From positions 1 to 50,163 of the forward strand of contig JAQBWN010000003.1 in the NCBI GenBank assembly GCA_027624555.1: a stretch of DNA of 50,163 nucleotides. Direction: 5' to 3'. Below are positions 29,348 to 38,668 of this stretch, one piece after another. The notes beneath the pieces were generated by a model. It searched no databases. It saw only the letters and a list, made by a program, of their open reading frames with translations, and was not told where the DNA came from. Positions within the stretch are counted from its first letter, which is position 1. Each line of letters begins with the position of its first letter. This DNA comes from a bacterium (GTDB lineage: Bacteria; Patescibacteriota; Andersenbacteria; UBA10190). The translations under genes and the position numbers were made by a program.

Positions 29348-30817
29348 ATGAGCGACAAAAATAGTGAGAATTTAAACGCTGAAAAGCGAGCGCTTGCACA
29401 AGTACGTCAAAGGCATAATATTGCCATGCCACCACGAAAAAAACATTCCACACGTTTCCGCGCGCTACGATTATTATCCCTGCTTATCTTCATCGGCGGC
29501 CTTTTTATCGCTGGCATTTTTGGATACAAAATTCTTGCGGCAGGAAATAATATTAGTACGGTAAAACAATCAATCCTCGGGCAATTATCAGACCTTTTAT
29601 TCAAATCCGGCAATGAACTACAAGGAGAACATGAGGGTCAAATAAACATTCTCCTTATTGCTGTAGGCGGAGAAGGACACTCTGGCGAAAACCTCGCGGA
29701 CACCATTATGGTTGCATCTATCCAAAAAGACACAAATAAAGTTTCCCTCCTCTCTATCCCACGTGACTTCTATGTCAAGGTTCCCGGACAAGAATTTTAC
29801 TCAAAAATTAATGCAGTACACGCGTATGGAGAATCACAAAAGAAAAACAATGGTCCAGAACTTCTCGAAAAAAAGGTTGAAGAAATAACAGGTCTATCTA
29901 TTCACTACTTCGCGCGAATTGATTTTACTGCATTTAAAAAAATAGTAGAGGCAGTGGGCGGAGTAAACGTCCATATACAAAACGGTTTTACTGATTATTT
30001 CCACAAAATAGCTTTTCCTACTGGTACAGAAACGATGAACGGAGATAGAGCTCTTGCCTATGTACGGGCACGATACGTAGAAGGCTCAGAAGGAGGAGAC
30101 TTTAAGCGTGCGTCACGTCAACAACAGATGTTAGGAGCCATGCTACATAAGGTATTTTCCGTAAATACTGCGCTAGACTTTTCTGCAATAAACGGAATTA
30201 TAAATTCCATTTCTGAAGACATTCGCACGAGTATGCAGACTTGGGAAATGAAACGTTTTTTTGAAATTGCACGTCAACTAGATACCAATTCAATTAAATC
30301 TGTAGTCCTTACCACAGGCCCACGGGGAGTACTTGTAGGAGATACGGTAGTGCTGGGCGGAGAACCAGCATCCATACTAAAACCACGGACAGGCGACTAT
30401 TCAGAAATTCAAGCACTTGCAAAAAATATGTTCTCATCTGAAGTTGGCAAAATAATAAACGATACAGCAACAGAAAATTCATCTCCGAAGCCAAGTTTGT
30501 TGCCAAGCCCAACACCAAAAAGCGAACAAGCTGAAAAACCAACTCTTGAAGTAAGGAACGGCACAGCGGTAAACGGACTTGCTAAAAAAATTACTGATGA
30601 GTTTACAAAAAAGGGGTACAAAATACTGGCAACTGGAAATGCATCGGCCAAAAATATCAAAAAAACAAAGGTCTACGCGCCAAAAGTTACCCATGCAGAT
30701 GATGCGCAAGCAATAGCCTCAGCACTTAAAGCAACGTCTGAAACGGACTTCCCTGCTGCGGAAGCAAAAACAACTGCAGATATTTTAATAGTGCTAGGAG
30801 CAGACGCGGCTAATTAG
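29348..30817 (+). CDS. LCP (LytR-CpsA-Psr) family protein with LytR_C domain
   Basis: N-terminal TM, INILLI, ADTIMV, LSIPRD, KINA, ALAYVRAR, DFKRASRQQ; C-terminal EVRNGT..GLA...IVLGAD. Confidence 0.92.
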   Translation: MSDKNSENLNAEKRALAQVRQRHNIAMPPRKKHSTRFRALRLLSLLIFIGGLFIAGIFGYKILAAGNNISTVKQSILGQLSDLLFKSGNELQGEHEGQINILLIAVGGEGHSGENLADTIMVASIQKDTNKVSLLSIPRDFYVKVPGQEFYSKINAVHAYGESQKKNNGPELLEKKVEEITGLSIHYFARIDFTAFKKIVEAVGGVNVHIQNGFTDYFHKIAFPTGTETMNGDRALAYVRARYVEGSEGGDFKRASRQQQMLGAMLHKVFSVNTALDFSAINGIINSISEDIRTSMQTWEMKRFFEIARQLDTNSIKSVVLTTGPRGVLVGDTVVLGGEPASILKPRTGDYSEIQALAKNMFSSEVGKIINDTATENSSPKPSLLPSPTPKSEQAEKPTLEVRNGTAVNGLAKKITDEFTKKGYKILATGNASAKNIKKTKVYAPKVTHADDAQAIASALKATSETDFPAAEAKTTADILIVLGADAAN

Positions 30818-30940
30818 CTTATAGCTGAACTGCGAGCTGCGTTAGCTTCTTTAGCTTCACTAGCTTCGTTAGCTTACGCGATTACGAGGGCGAAAAAAGC
30901 TAATGCAGCTAACGAAGCTACAAGCTAACGAAGCTCGTTA
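30809..30940. repeat. AGCT-unit repeat element, two inverted arms (copy C), LCP/pth junction
   Basis: Left arm AGCTGCGTTAGCTTCTTTAGCTTCACTAGCTTCGTTAGCTT, spacer, right arm AAGCTAATGCAGCTAACGAAGCTACAAGCTAACGAAGCTCG. Confidence 0.92.
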
Positions 30941-31502
30941 GGGCTTCTAATATCCCCGATTCCTTTTCTTCCAAAATTCTTTTCTCATCCGGCGTAAACG
31001 TAGACAAAACATATTTGTCTATTGGCATAACTTGGGCGGCTGCGCCCCCCGTAGCTCTTTGAGCGAAGGGGCGGCCAATTCCAATTCGCAGTTGCGGAAC
31101 ATTTGTATTCCCCATGTATTCATGAACAGACCGCATACCGTTATGGCCATGGGCACTCCCGCTTGCCTGGAATTTCATTTCGCCAAGCTGTAGTTCTAAG
31201 TCGTCATATAGCACCAGCATTTGTTCGCGCTCGAGTGGATGATACCGAAGATACGCATGCAATACTTTTCCTGATTCATTCATAAAAACAAGCGGTGATA
31301 AAATAGTCACTTCACAATCACCAAAAATAATTCCACATACACGTGCGTGAAATTTTTCATGTGTGTTCCAAGTAGAAACTGTCGCGCCTTGTAATCGCAT
31401 ATACTCAATCCACTTCTGCAAAATATCTGCGCCAAGATTATGACGTGTGTACGAAAAATCATTTCCAGGGTTTCCAAGTCCAAATAGCAAGAATTTCTTC
31501 AT
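30918..31502 (-). CDS. pth: Peptidyl-tRNA hydrolase
   Basis: GLGNPG..YTRHNLG, FMNESG, YDDLEL, GHNGMRS, LRIGIGRP. Confidence 0.96.
   Translation of the reverse strand: MKKFLLFGLGNPGNDFSYTRHNLGADILQKWIEYMRLQGATVSTWNTHEKFHARVCGIIFGDCEVTILSPLVFMNESGKVLHAYLRYHPLEREQMLVLYDDLELQLGEMKFQASGSAHGHNGMRSVHEYMGNTNVPQLRIGIGRPFAQRATGGAAAQVMPIDKYVLSTFTPDEKRILEEKESGILEALTSFVSL
31044..31072. repeat. GTAG-type palindrome inserted in frame in pth
   Basis: GCCCCCCGTAGCTCTTTGAGCGAAGGGGC; the 15-nt core TAGCTCTTTGAGCGA recurs at 26135-26149. Confidence 0.75.
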
Positions 31503-31511
31503 GTGTATTTA

Positions 31512-31619
31512 CTTTACTATCCTCTTGAGTGTTCCGCCAGCGAGCCTCTGATTGAAATCTTGGAGGGGGTGATTCCAATTGATCGACTTGCTGAAACGGA
31601 ACACCAAAGACGATAAAAG
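31512..31619 (-). ncRNA. Putative long hairpin RNA or structured 5' leader upstream of pth
   Basis: Nested stems TATC/GATA, GTGTTCCG/CGGAACAC, CAGCAAG/CTCGCTG, ATTGGAATC/GATTTCAAT; candidate promoter TTGACT-18-TAAGGT at 31632-31661. Confidence 0.45.
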
Positions 31620-31663
31620 AACCAGCTAATAACCTTACTGTGGCAAGTTACATAAAGTCAAAT

Positions 31664-31710
31664 AAAAGAAAAGGGCCCGGTAGTTTCTTTTTTAGAGAAA
31701 AAACCGGGCT
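31664..31710 (-). terminator. Intrinsic terminator
   Basis: Minus strand GCCCGGT...ACCGGGC-CCTTTTCTTTT. Confidence 0.65.
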
Positions 31711-31813
31711 GTTGTGTTGTAGTGGTAGAATAACGGAATAATTCTTACCATCACAACGGTTTAGGTTCGAAAGACCGAGTAAATGCTTCGAACTACATCG
31801 CTTACATTATGCG

Positions 31814-31876
31814 TCATGCAACCCACCCTCCATGGAGGGGTTGGTGCGCATGTGGAAGTCTAACCTCCCATTTCAT
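31814..31876 (-). CDS. Putative 20-aa peptide
   Basis: MKWEVRLPHAHQPLHGGWVA*, preceded by strong AGGAGAGGAG SD. Confidence 0.3.
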   Translation of the reverse strand: MKWEVRLPHAHQPLHGGWVA

Positions 31877-32025
31877 GTACTCCTCTCCTAAAAGGACAGG
31901 GACTACTGTGACGCTTGCTTATCAAAGAACGAGCGTCTCGCTTTACCTAACTCATCATCGCACCGTGCAATGAGAGGCAATAGATTACGGTACACATTCC
32001 CGTAATACTTTCCAGTTTGAGCTTA

Positions 32026-32808
32026 TTATTTTGTGTTGTCAAGAGTTTCTGCGCCTTCCCACGCAAGCTCGAACAAAGCACGCATCATATTTACCATTTG
32101 CTGACTTTCGATAACAACGCCAAACAATTTCCCCGTAAAGGAACCTATGGCAATATAGTCTTGATATAACGTCATTCCGGCAGGCACCGGAAACTTTTCT
32201 GGTGAAACAAAACGCCGTTCGTTTAATTCATTAATATTTATAGCAAGCCATCGCTTCTTTAGTGCCTCTGAAGTGGTGGTGAATAATGTTTTTGCAAATA
32301 TTCGTTTTGCAATTCTTTGGGTAACAAATGTATCTTGCGAATCAGGAAACACGCTATTTAAATGATCTGCCGGAGTAAAATTATAGATGGTATCGCCCGC
32401 ACGAGAATTCAGAACAATCTCTCTTCGCATTGCAAGTAAGCCTTCCTTTCCCTCAAAATACCTCACAGATGGCGTGTCTCCGGCTGCTTTTGTAAGCATC
32501 TGCAACTGAGGTAATATAGCCTCTATATTGTGTTGTTTTTCTTGAATAACTTCTTCTTGTTTTTCTAGCAATCGCAGTAGTTGGCGGGGCGTTTCTGCAG
32601 AAAAGAACGTCTTTTTCCCTTCTTTGAACTTTGTCACCAACCCCATACCCATAAGAGATTCTAAAATAACATATGTAGTGGCTCTTACTACCTTCGCCGT
32701 GCGGCCGATTGGTTGAACTGGGGATGGACCAAGCTCTAAACACGCAAGATACACTGCGGCTTCTTTATCTTTTAAACCCAGGCTCGTAAGTTCTTGAATA
32801 TATTTCAT
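32026..32808 (-). CDS. TrmB-family transcriptional regulator
   Basis: LGLKDKEAAVYLACLELG wHTH, RATTY..LESL, VRYFEGKEGL, VIES..MRALFELAW. Confidence 0.9.
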   Translation of the reverse strand: MKYIQELTSLGLKDKEAAVYLACLELGPSPVQPIGRTAKVVRATTYVILESLMGMGLVTKFKEGKKTFFSAETPRQLLRLLEKQEEVIQEKQHNIEAILPQLQMLTKAAGDTPSVRYFEGKEGLLAMRREIVLNSRAGDTIYNFTPADHLNSVFPDSQDTFVTQRIAKRIFAKTLFTTTSEALKKRWLAININELNERRFVSPEKFPVPAGMTLYQDYIAIGSFTGKLFGVVIESQQMVNMMRALFELAWEGAETLDNTK

Positions 32809-32849
32809 AAAGTTGATTGACTCATGAATTTACAGTACTACTATATCAT

Positions 32850-35384
32850 ATGTCAACTATTACCTACGAAATCGCATATACGCTTTCGGGGCAAGAGCAA
32901 GAGGGCATTATTGTAACCGCCCTATCTTGTGCATACCATGCACTGCTTGCAGACGTACCTAACGCGAGCTACAGCGTCACACAAGAGCTCTTACAATCAA
33001 ATGTACCGAGCCAAGCGGCGTATCGCAAGCTAACTTTTTCTGTATCGCAAGGCGAGAGGCTGCAAATATCAGATCTCGCAGCGCTTCTAGTAAAACGTGG
33101 CTATTCTAGGCATTCATCTAAGATTGCCGACCCTGGGTTTTTTGTACAAGGAGATGAAATAACAATTATTCACCCTCTGATAAACGGCGCTATAACTATT
33201 TCTTTTTTGGGAAGTACGGTTGATCGTATTGTTCAACAAAAAGAACGTAAAAAAGAAATCCTGTTAACCACTACTATTTTCCCCCTCGCATTCCCTACGG
33301 ACCAAGTTTTGCTGTCTAGCATCCTCAAAAATTATACGCTCATAAAAAAACCAGTTGTAAAAATTCCAACAACATCCCCAGTATCTGTTGAACGAGCGCT
33401 AGAATTAATCGGCCGCCTTGTTCCCGGAAAACCTGCAGTTCATGCAGACCATGGAATTGGAATTTTTGAAGGGCTCGAGCGCAGAACCATAGGCACAGCA
33501 GAATCCGAATATCTTATTATTCGCTACAAAGGTGGCGACAGCATTGCAGTGCCCGTACCGTTTGCGCATAAAGTATCTCCGTATATCGGCGAAAGCTCTC
33601 CTGCAATATATGCACTTGGGGGAACGCTCTGGAGCAAAACAAAACGGAAGGCTCAAGCAGACGCCGCCGCATTCGCAAAAGAGCTGCTCGAAATTGCCAA
33701 GCAACGCAAGGCTGCAACCAGACCGTCATACTATATACATCCTGAAACAGAATTAAAATTAGAATCTTCGTTCGGATTTGAGCTCACTCCAGATCAAAAA
33801 CAAGTCTGGGAAGAAGTTAAAAACGACATGACACTTCCTACACCAATGGATCGCCTAATCGTTGGAGACGTTGGGTTCGGTAAAACAGAACTTGCAATTC
33901 GCGCCGCCATGCATGCTTTTAGTAATGGAAAACAAGTAGCCCTCCTTGCGCCCACAACACTGTTAGTTCAACAGCATGTAGATACATTTAGAACAAGGTT
34001 GCCAGATATTGCAGATTTTATATTTTTAATCTCCCGATTTTCATCAAAAAAAGAAATTGCGCGAGCAAAAAAAGCATTATCAGACAACAAACCCGCAATA
34101 GTTATAGGAACCCATGGATTACTTTCCAGTTCCGTTCCATGGACTAATCTTGGTTTACTGATAATAGACGAAGAACAGCGATTCGGTGTTAGCCAAAAAG
34201 AGCACCCCAAAAAAATGCGAGCAACTATCGATATTCTTTCTCTTTCTGCAACACCAATTCCCAGAACCCTTTCTATGGCATTATCTGGCCTACGCTCACT
34301 ATCAATCATTGCAACAGCTCCGCAAGGCAGAAAAGACATAGAGACTATAGTACAAAAAGAAAATAACGAAATAATAAAACATGCAATTGAACAAGAGCTC
34401 GCACGTAATGGCCAAGTGTATGTGGTGTCTCCAAAAATACGAAATCTCGCCATGATTCAAGAAATTATTTTGGGACTATTGCCAAATGCAAAAACGGCCA
34501 TTGCCCATGCGCAACTGCCCGATGAAACGCTCAGTCACATTATTCATGAATTTGATACAAAAAAAGTAGATATATTAATTTCCTCCAGCATTATTGAAAA
34601 TGGATTAGATTTACCAAATGTAAACACCATGATTATTTGGAATGCAGCACATTTTGGTTTGGGGCAATTGTATCAATTGCGCGGAAGAATTGGGCGAAGA
34701 AGTCGCCAAGGATACGCGTACTTATTATACTCACAAGATAAACTCACTCCATTGCAACGTTTGCGCTTAACAGCGCTCACCGAAGCTTCTCGCGTTGGCT
34801 CCGGGTGGGATATTGCGAGAAGAGATTTAGAAATGCGCGGGGCGGGAAATATGTTAAGTGCAGCGCAAAGCGGCTCCGCACATGAAGTGGGTATGCAACT
34901 GTATCTCGACATGGTGGATGGGCGGGCAGAGGAAGTAAAAGCAAGCATACACATCCTCTTGCCCGCTTTTATTCCTTCATCTTATATTGAGAATCCGGAT
35001 GACCGCACGGCATGGTATGTGCGTCTTTCCCGCGCAAAAGACTTGCAAGATATAACAACCAAAAAATTGCTCATGCAAGAAACATACGGGCAATTTCCAC
35101 AAGAAGTTGAAAACATTATTCGCATGATTTCTCTTGAACTACTCGCAACGAAACAAGGCATTACAAAAATAACGAGCAGTACAATTTCGCCGAGCGACGA
35201 AGATCCGTATGCAAAAATAGAAATAGTTGCCAAAGATCCCGTAAAAATTCTCCAGAAGTTATCAAATATAAAAAACAAAAATAATTCACCAAGTATCTGG
35301 CAAGTCCGTAATACAACATTGTCATGGAGCACAGACGCAATTACGCCAGAGTTAATAGATGAATTTATATTCGTGCTGCAGTAA
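32850..35384 (+). CDS. mfd: Transcription-repair coupling factor Mfd, N-terminally reduced
   Basis: CarD-like VHADHGIG, GDVGFGKTE, DEEQRFG, SATPIPRTL, QLRGRIGR, DLEMRGAG, TRCF C-terminal domain. Confidence 0.92.
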   Translation: MSTITYEIAYTLSGQEQEGIIVTALSCAYHALLADVPNASYSVTQELLQSNVPSQAAYRKLTFSVSQGERLQISDLAALLVKRGYSRHSSKIADPGFFVQGDEITIIHPLINGAITISFLGSTVDRIVQQKERKKEILLTTTIFPLAFPTDQVLLSSILKNYTLIKKPVVKIPTTSPVSVERALELIGRLVPGKPAVHADHGIGIFEGLERRTIGTAESEYLIIRYKGGDSIAVPVPFAHKVSPYIGESSPAIYALGGTLWSKTKRKAQADAAAFAKELLEIAKQRKAATRPSYYIHPETELKLESSFGFELTPDQKQVWEEVKNDMTLPTPMDRLIVGDVGFGKTELAIRAAMHAFSNGKQVALLAPTTLLVQQHVDTFRTRLPDIADFIFLISRFSSKKEIARAKKALSDNKPAIVIGTHGLLSSSVPWTNLGLLIIDEEQRFGVSQKEHPKKMRATIDILSLSATPIPRTLSMALSGLRSLSIIATAPQGRKDIETIVQKENNEIIKHAIEQELARNGQVYVVSPKIRNLAMIQEIILGLLPNAKTAIAHAQLPDETLSHIIHEFDTKKVDILISSSIIENGLDLPNVNTMIIWNAAHFGLGQLYQLRGRIGRRSRQGYAYLLYSQDKLTPLQRLRLTALTEASRVGSGWDIARRDLEMRGAGNMLSAAQSGSAHEVGMQLYLDMVDGRAEEVKASIHILLPAFIPSSYIENPDDRTAWYVRLSRAKDLQDITTKKLLMQETYGQFPQEVENIIRMISLELLATKQGITKITSSTISPSDEDPYAKIEIVAKDPVKILQKLSNIKNKNNSPSIWQVRNTTLSWSTDAITPELIDEFIFVLQ

Positions 35385-35390
35385 GACACA

Positions 35391-35413
35391 ATTCCAAGGA
35401 TTATCCTTGGAAT
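35391..35413. repeat. Perfect 10-bp inverted repeat between mfd and dprA
   Basis: ATTCCAAGGA-TTA-TCCTTGGAAT. Confidence 0.7.
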
Positions 35414-35451
35414 AACTACTCAACCTTCTGTATCCGTGATTAAATAGAATT

Positions 35452-36327
35452 ATGGCAGATGAAATTAGTATAATAACGCTAAACGATGACGCGTATCCTC
35501 CCCTGCTGGCACAAATTACAAAACCGCCTGAGCAATTATATTTTCGAGGAGATGTTACGCTGCTCAACCAACCTCACTTACTTGCCGTTGTAGGGAGTAG
35601 AAAAGCAACGATGTATGGCCGGCAGGCAATGCAAAAACTGTTGCCTCCGTGCATACGCTCTGGTGTTATCATCGTTTCTGGCATGGCGTATGGAATAGAC
35701 ACAATGGCTCACCGCACGTGCATTGAGCTTAACGCGCCGACAATTGCAGTACTTGGCTCAGGTGTTGATGATGTGTCGCTATACCCAAGAGGAAACAAAA
35801 CGCTCGCACAAGAAATTTTGAGATCAGGCGGACTCATAATTTCTGAATACGAACCTGGCACAACTCCGTACCTCGGCCACTTTCCTGCGCGAAACAGAAT
35901 TATTGCGGGGCTGTGCAAAGCAACGCTCATTATGCAGGCAGCAAAACGGTCTGGGTCGCTTATTACCGCGAGGCTGGCCTTAGAAAGTAACCGTGAAGTT
36001 CTCTCAGTGCCCGGCCCGATTACGGACGCTTCTTGCGAGGGAACAAATATGTTAATTCGCGACGGAGCACAGCCGATACTGGAAAGCACAGATATTCTTT
36101 CAATGTTTGAAATAGAAGAAGGAAAACAAGAAGATATATTGCGTGAACCGCTTCGCGAAGATTTGCAGCGCATTGTAACAGTTCTTTCATCATCGCCTAT
36201 TTATATAGATGATATTGCCATAGCAGCAAATAGTAATGTTGCGGATGTATCTGCTGCATTACTGGAACTTGAAATGATTGGCGTGGTTGCGCATATGGGC
36301 GGAATGAAATATACACGCAATACTTGA
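35452..36327 (+). CDS. dprA: DNA-protecting protein DprA
   Basis: YPPLL, AVVGSR, VSGMAYGID..AH, FPARNRII, SGSLITA. Confidence 0.97.
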   Translation: MADEISIITLNDDAYPPLLAQITKPPEQLYFRGDVTLLNQPHLLAVVGSRKATMYGRQAMQKLLPPCIRSGVIIVSGMAYGIDTMAHRTCIELNAPTIAVLGSGVDDVSLYPRGNKTLAQEILRSGGLIISEYEPGTTPYLGHFPARNRIIAGLCKATLIMQAAKRSGSLITARLALESNREVLSVPGPITDASCEGTNMLIRDGAQPILESTDILSMFEIEEGKQEDILREPLREDLQRIVTVLSSSPIYIDDIAIAANSNVADVSAALLELEMIGVVAHMGGMKYTRNT

Positions 36328-36367
36328 CTCATCCTAGTATTCGCGCTTTACTCCACTTACATAAACT

Positions 36368-38557
36368 ATGAAACATCTCGTCATCGTAGAATCCCCTGCA
36401 AAAGCAAAGACTATCCAAAAATATCTTGGAAAAAATTTTTCCGTGAAAAGTAGTTACGGCCATGTGCGCGATCTTCCAAAATCCAAAATCGGTGTTGACG
36501 TTAAAAAAGGTTTTGAACCCAGCTATATAATTCCAGACAAAGCAAAAGCACGCATTGCAGATTTAAAAGCAGCCGCAAAGAAAGCAGATATTGTCTATTT
36601 CGCAACTGACGAAGATAGAGAGGGAGAAGCAATTGCCTGGCATTTATTACAAGTACTCGGCACAGCGCCAGAAAAAGCCAAGCGTATTACATTCACCGAA
36701 ATTACAAAAACTGCCATTGCTAGGGCAGTTGAAAACCCAAGAGAAATAGATCAGAACTTAGTAGATGCCCAACAAGCACGCCGCGTGTTAGACAGATTAG
36801 TGGGCTATGAACTCTCTCCTCTTCTTTGGAATAAAGTACGGCGTGGACTTTCAGCGGGCAGGGTACAATCTGTTGCAGTTAGGTTAATAGTTGAAAAGGA
36901 AGAAGAAATTAAAAAATTTGAAGCGCAAGAATACTGGAGCGTTGACGCACTTCTGGCGAAAGCGGGTAATCAGTTTAATGCCAGCTTAAAAGCAATAGAC
37001 GGCAAAGTTATCGGAAAACTCGGGCTCGCCAACAAAGAAAGTGTCCAAGATATTTTGAAAAACTTAGACGGCGCAACGTATACGATTTCCAATATCACAA
37101 AAAAAGAGCGTAAGCGCACTGCTCCCGCTCCATTTACCACCAGCACACTACAACAAGCCGCATTTAACCAACTTGGATTTTCAAGCAAACGAACCATGAT
37201 GATTGCACAGGGGCTGTATGAAAATGGATTTATCACGTATATGCGTACTGACTCGTTAAACCTGTCTCAAGATGCCGTGCAAGCAGCTACCAGGGCCATT
37301 ACAAGTATGTTTGGGAAAGAATACGCACTCGATGCTCCGAGGGTATTTACGAAGAAATCCAAAAATGCACAAGAAGCTCATGAAGCAATACGCCCGAGCG
37401 ACCCGGAAAAATCTCCGGAAAGCCTCGCACCTGAACTCGATACAACACAATTAAAACTGTATCGGCTAATTTGGCAACGCATGGTTGCATCCCAAATGGC
37501 AGATGCAAAGCTAAATCAAACAGCTGTAGATATTACAGCGAAAAATTATATATTCCGCGCTAGTGGCACTTCCGTTATTTTCGATGGCTTCGTAAAAGCA
37601 CTCGGAGAAAAAGCGGCGTTCCAAGAAACCGTACTACCAGACCTCACAGAGCAAGATGTATTAGATCTTATAAAACTGCAACACGAACAACACTTTACAC
37701 AAGCGCCTGCAAGATATTCTGAAGCAACACTCGTGAAAGCACTCGAAGAACACGGTATTGGACGACCAAGCACATATGCTCCAACAATAGACGTTATTCA
37801 AAAACGAGAGTATGTGGTGAAAAATGATGAGAAACGGTTAGCTCCAACAGAAATTGGAACACTGGTAAATAGCGTTCTTACCGAACATTTCCCAAATATT
37901 GTAGACATCGATTTTACCGCAAACATGGAAAGCAGTCTGGATGATGTAGCGTCTGGAGAAAAAGCATGGCAACCGGTTATGAAAGAATTTTACGATCCGT
38001 TTCATGCGCTTATAAAAACAAAAGATAAAGAACTAAAAAAATCAGATATTACAGAAGAAGCAACAAATGAAACGTGCCCAAAATGTTCCAGTCCGCTTAT
38101 TATAAAACTCGGTAGGTTCGGCAAATTTAAAGCGTGCAGTAAATACCCAGATTGCAAATTCACAGAGCCGCTTGGAGATGAAAAGAAAATGGAAGAAGAA
38201 CATTCAGGGCAAATATGTCCGGATTGCGGAAAGCCACTCGTAGTAAAGCGCGGACGTTTTGGTGCATTTCTTGGCTGTTCCGGCTACCCCGATTGTAAGC
38301 ATATAACTCCAATTGTAAAAGAGACTGGAGTAGATTGTATTGCATGCAATAAAGGAAAAATTATTGAGAAAAAATCCCGCAGAGGAAAAATGTTTTATGC
38401 ATGTAACCAGTACCCCGATTGCAAAAATGCATACTGGAGCAAACCAACGGGAGAAAAATGCTCGCAGTGTGAAAGCATGTTAGTCTATGGCGCAAAAAAT
38501 ACAATAAGATGCAGCGCCAAAGGCTGTGGGTTTAAGAAAGACAACGAGGAAGAGTAG
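36368..38557 (+). CDS. topA: DNA topoisomerase I
   Basis: LVIVESPAKAKTI, ATDEDREGE, SAGRVQS, ITYMRTD, GIGRPSTYA, C-terminal zinc ribbons. Confidence 0.99.
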   Translation: MKHLVIVESPAKAKTIQKYLGKNFSVKSSYGHVRDLPKSKIGVDVKKGFEPSYIIPDKAKARIADLKAAAKKADIVYFATDEDREGEAIAWHLLQVLGTAPEKAKRITFTEITKTAIARAVENPREIDQNLVDAQQARRVLDRLVGYELSPLLWNKVRRGLSAGRVQSVAVRLIVEKEEEIKKFEAQEYWSVDALLAKAGNQFNASLKAIDGKVIGKLGLANKESVQDILKNLDGATYTISNITKKERKRTAPAPFTTSTLQQAAFNQLGFSSKRTMMIAQGLYENGFITYMRTDSLNLSQDAVQAATRAITSMFGKEYALDAPRVFTKKSKNAQEAHEAIRPSDPEKSPESLAPELDTTQLKLYRLIWQRMVASQMADAKLNQTAVDITAKNYIFRASGTSVIFDGFVKALGEKAAFQETVLPDLTEQDVLDLIKLQHEQHFTQAPARYSEATLVKALEEHGIGRPSTYAPTIDVIQKREYVVKNDEKRLAPTEIGTLVNSVLTEHFPNIVDIDFTANMESSLDDVASGEKAWQPVMKEFYDPFHALIKTKDKELKKSDITEEATNETCPKCSSPLIIKLGRFGKFKACSKYPDCKFTEPLGDEKKMEEEHSGQICPDCGKPLVVKRGRFGAFLGCSGYPDCKHITPIVKETGVDCIACNKGKIIEKKSRRGKMFYACNQYPDCKNAYWSKPTGEKCSQCESMLVYGAKNTIRCSAKGCGFKKDNEEE

Positions 38558-38668
38558 CTTCTTCCAGCTTCATTAGCTTCACTAGCTGCTTTAGCTTCGT
38601 TAGCTTTTGTTCGAACGCATTCGTAAGCTAATACAGCTAACGAAGCTATAAGCTAATGAAGCTCGCTA
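38555..38668. repeat. AGCT-unit repeat element, two inverted arms (copy D), topA/parB junction
   Basis: TAGCTTCTTCCAGCTTCATTAGCTTCACTAGCTGCTTTAGCTTCGTTAGCTT, spacer, AAGCTAATACAGCTAACGAAGCTATAAGCTAATGAAGCTCG. Confidence 0.92.

Noticed and set aside
29180-29358. Apparent 5' overlap between lepB and the LCP gene
   Set aside because: Artefact of longest-ORF starts; downstream ATGs remove the overlap.
31503-32025. tmRNA, RNase P RNA or SRP RNA
   Set aside because: No tRNA-like ends, no GAGGAAAGTCC and no SRP helix-8 motif found by eye; kept only as unknown structured RNA.
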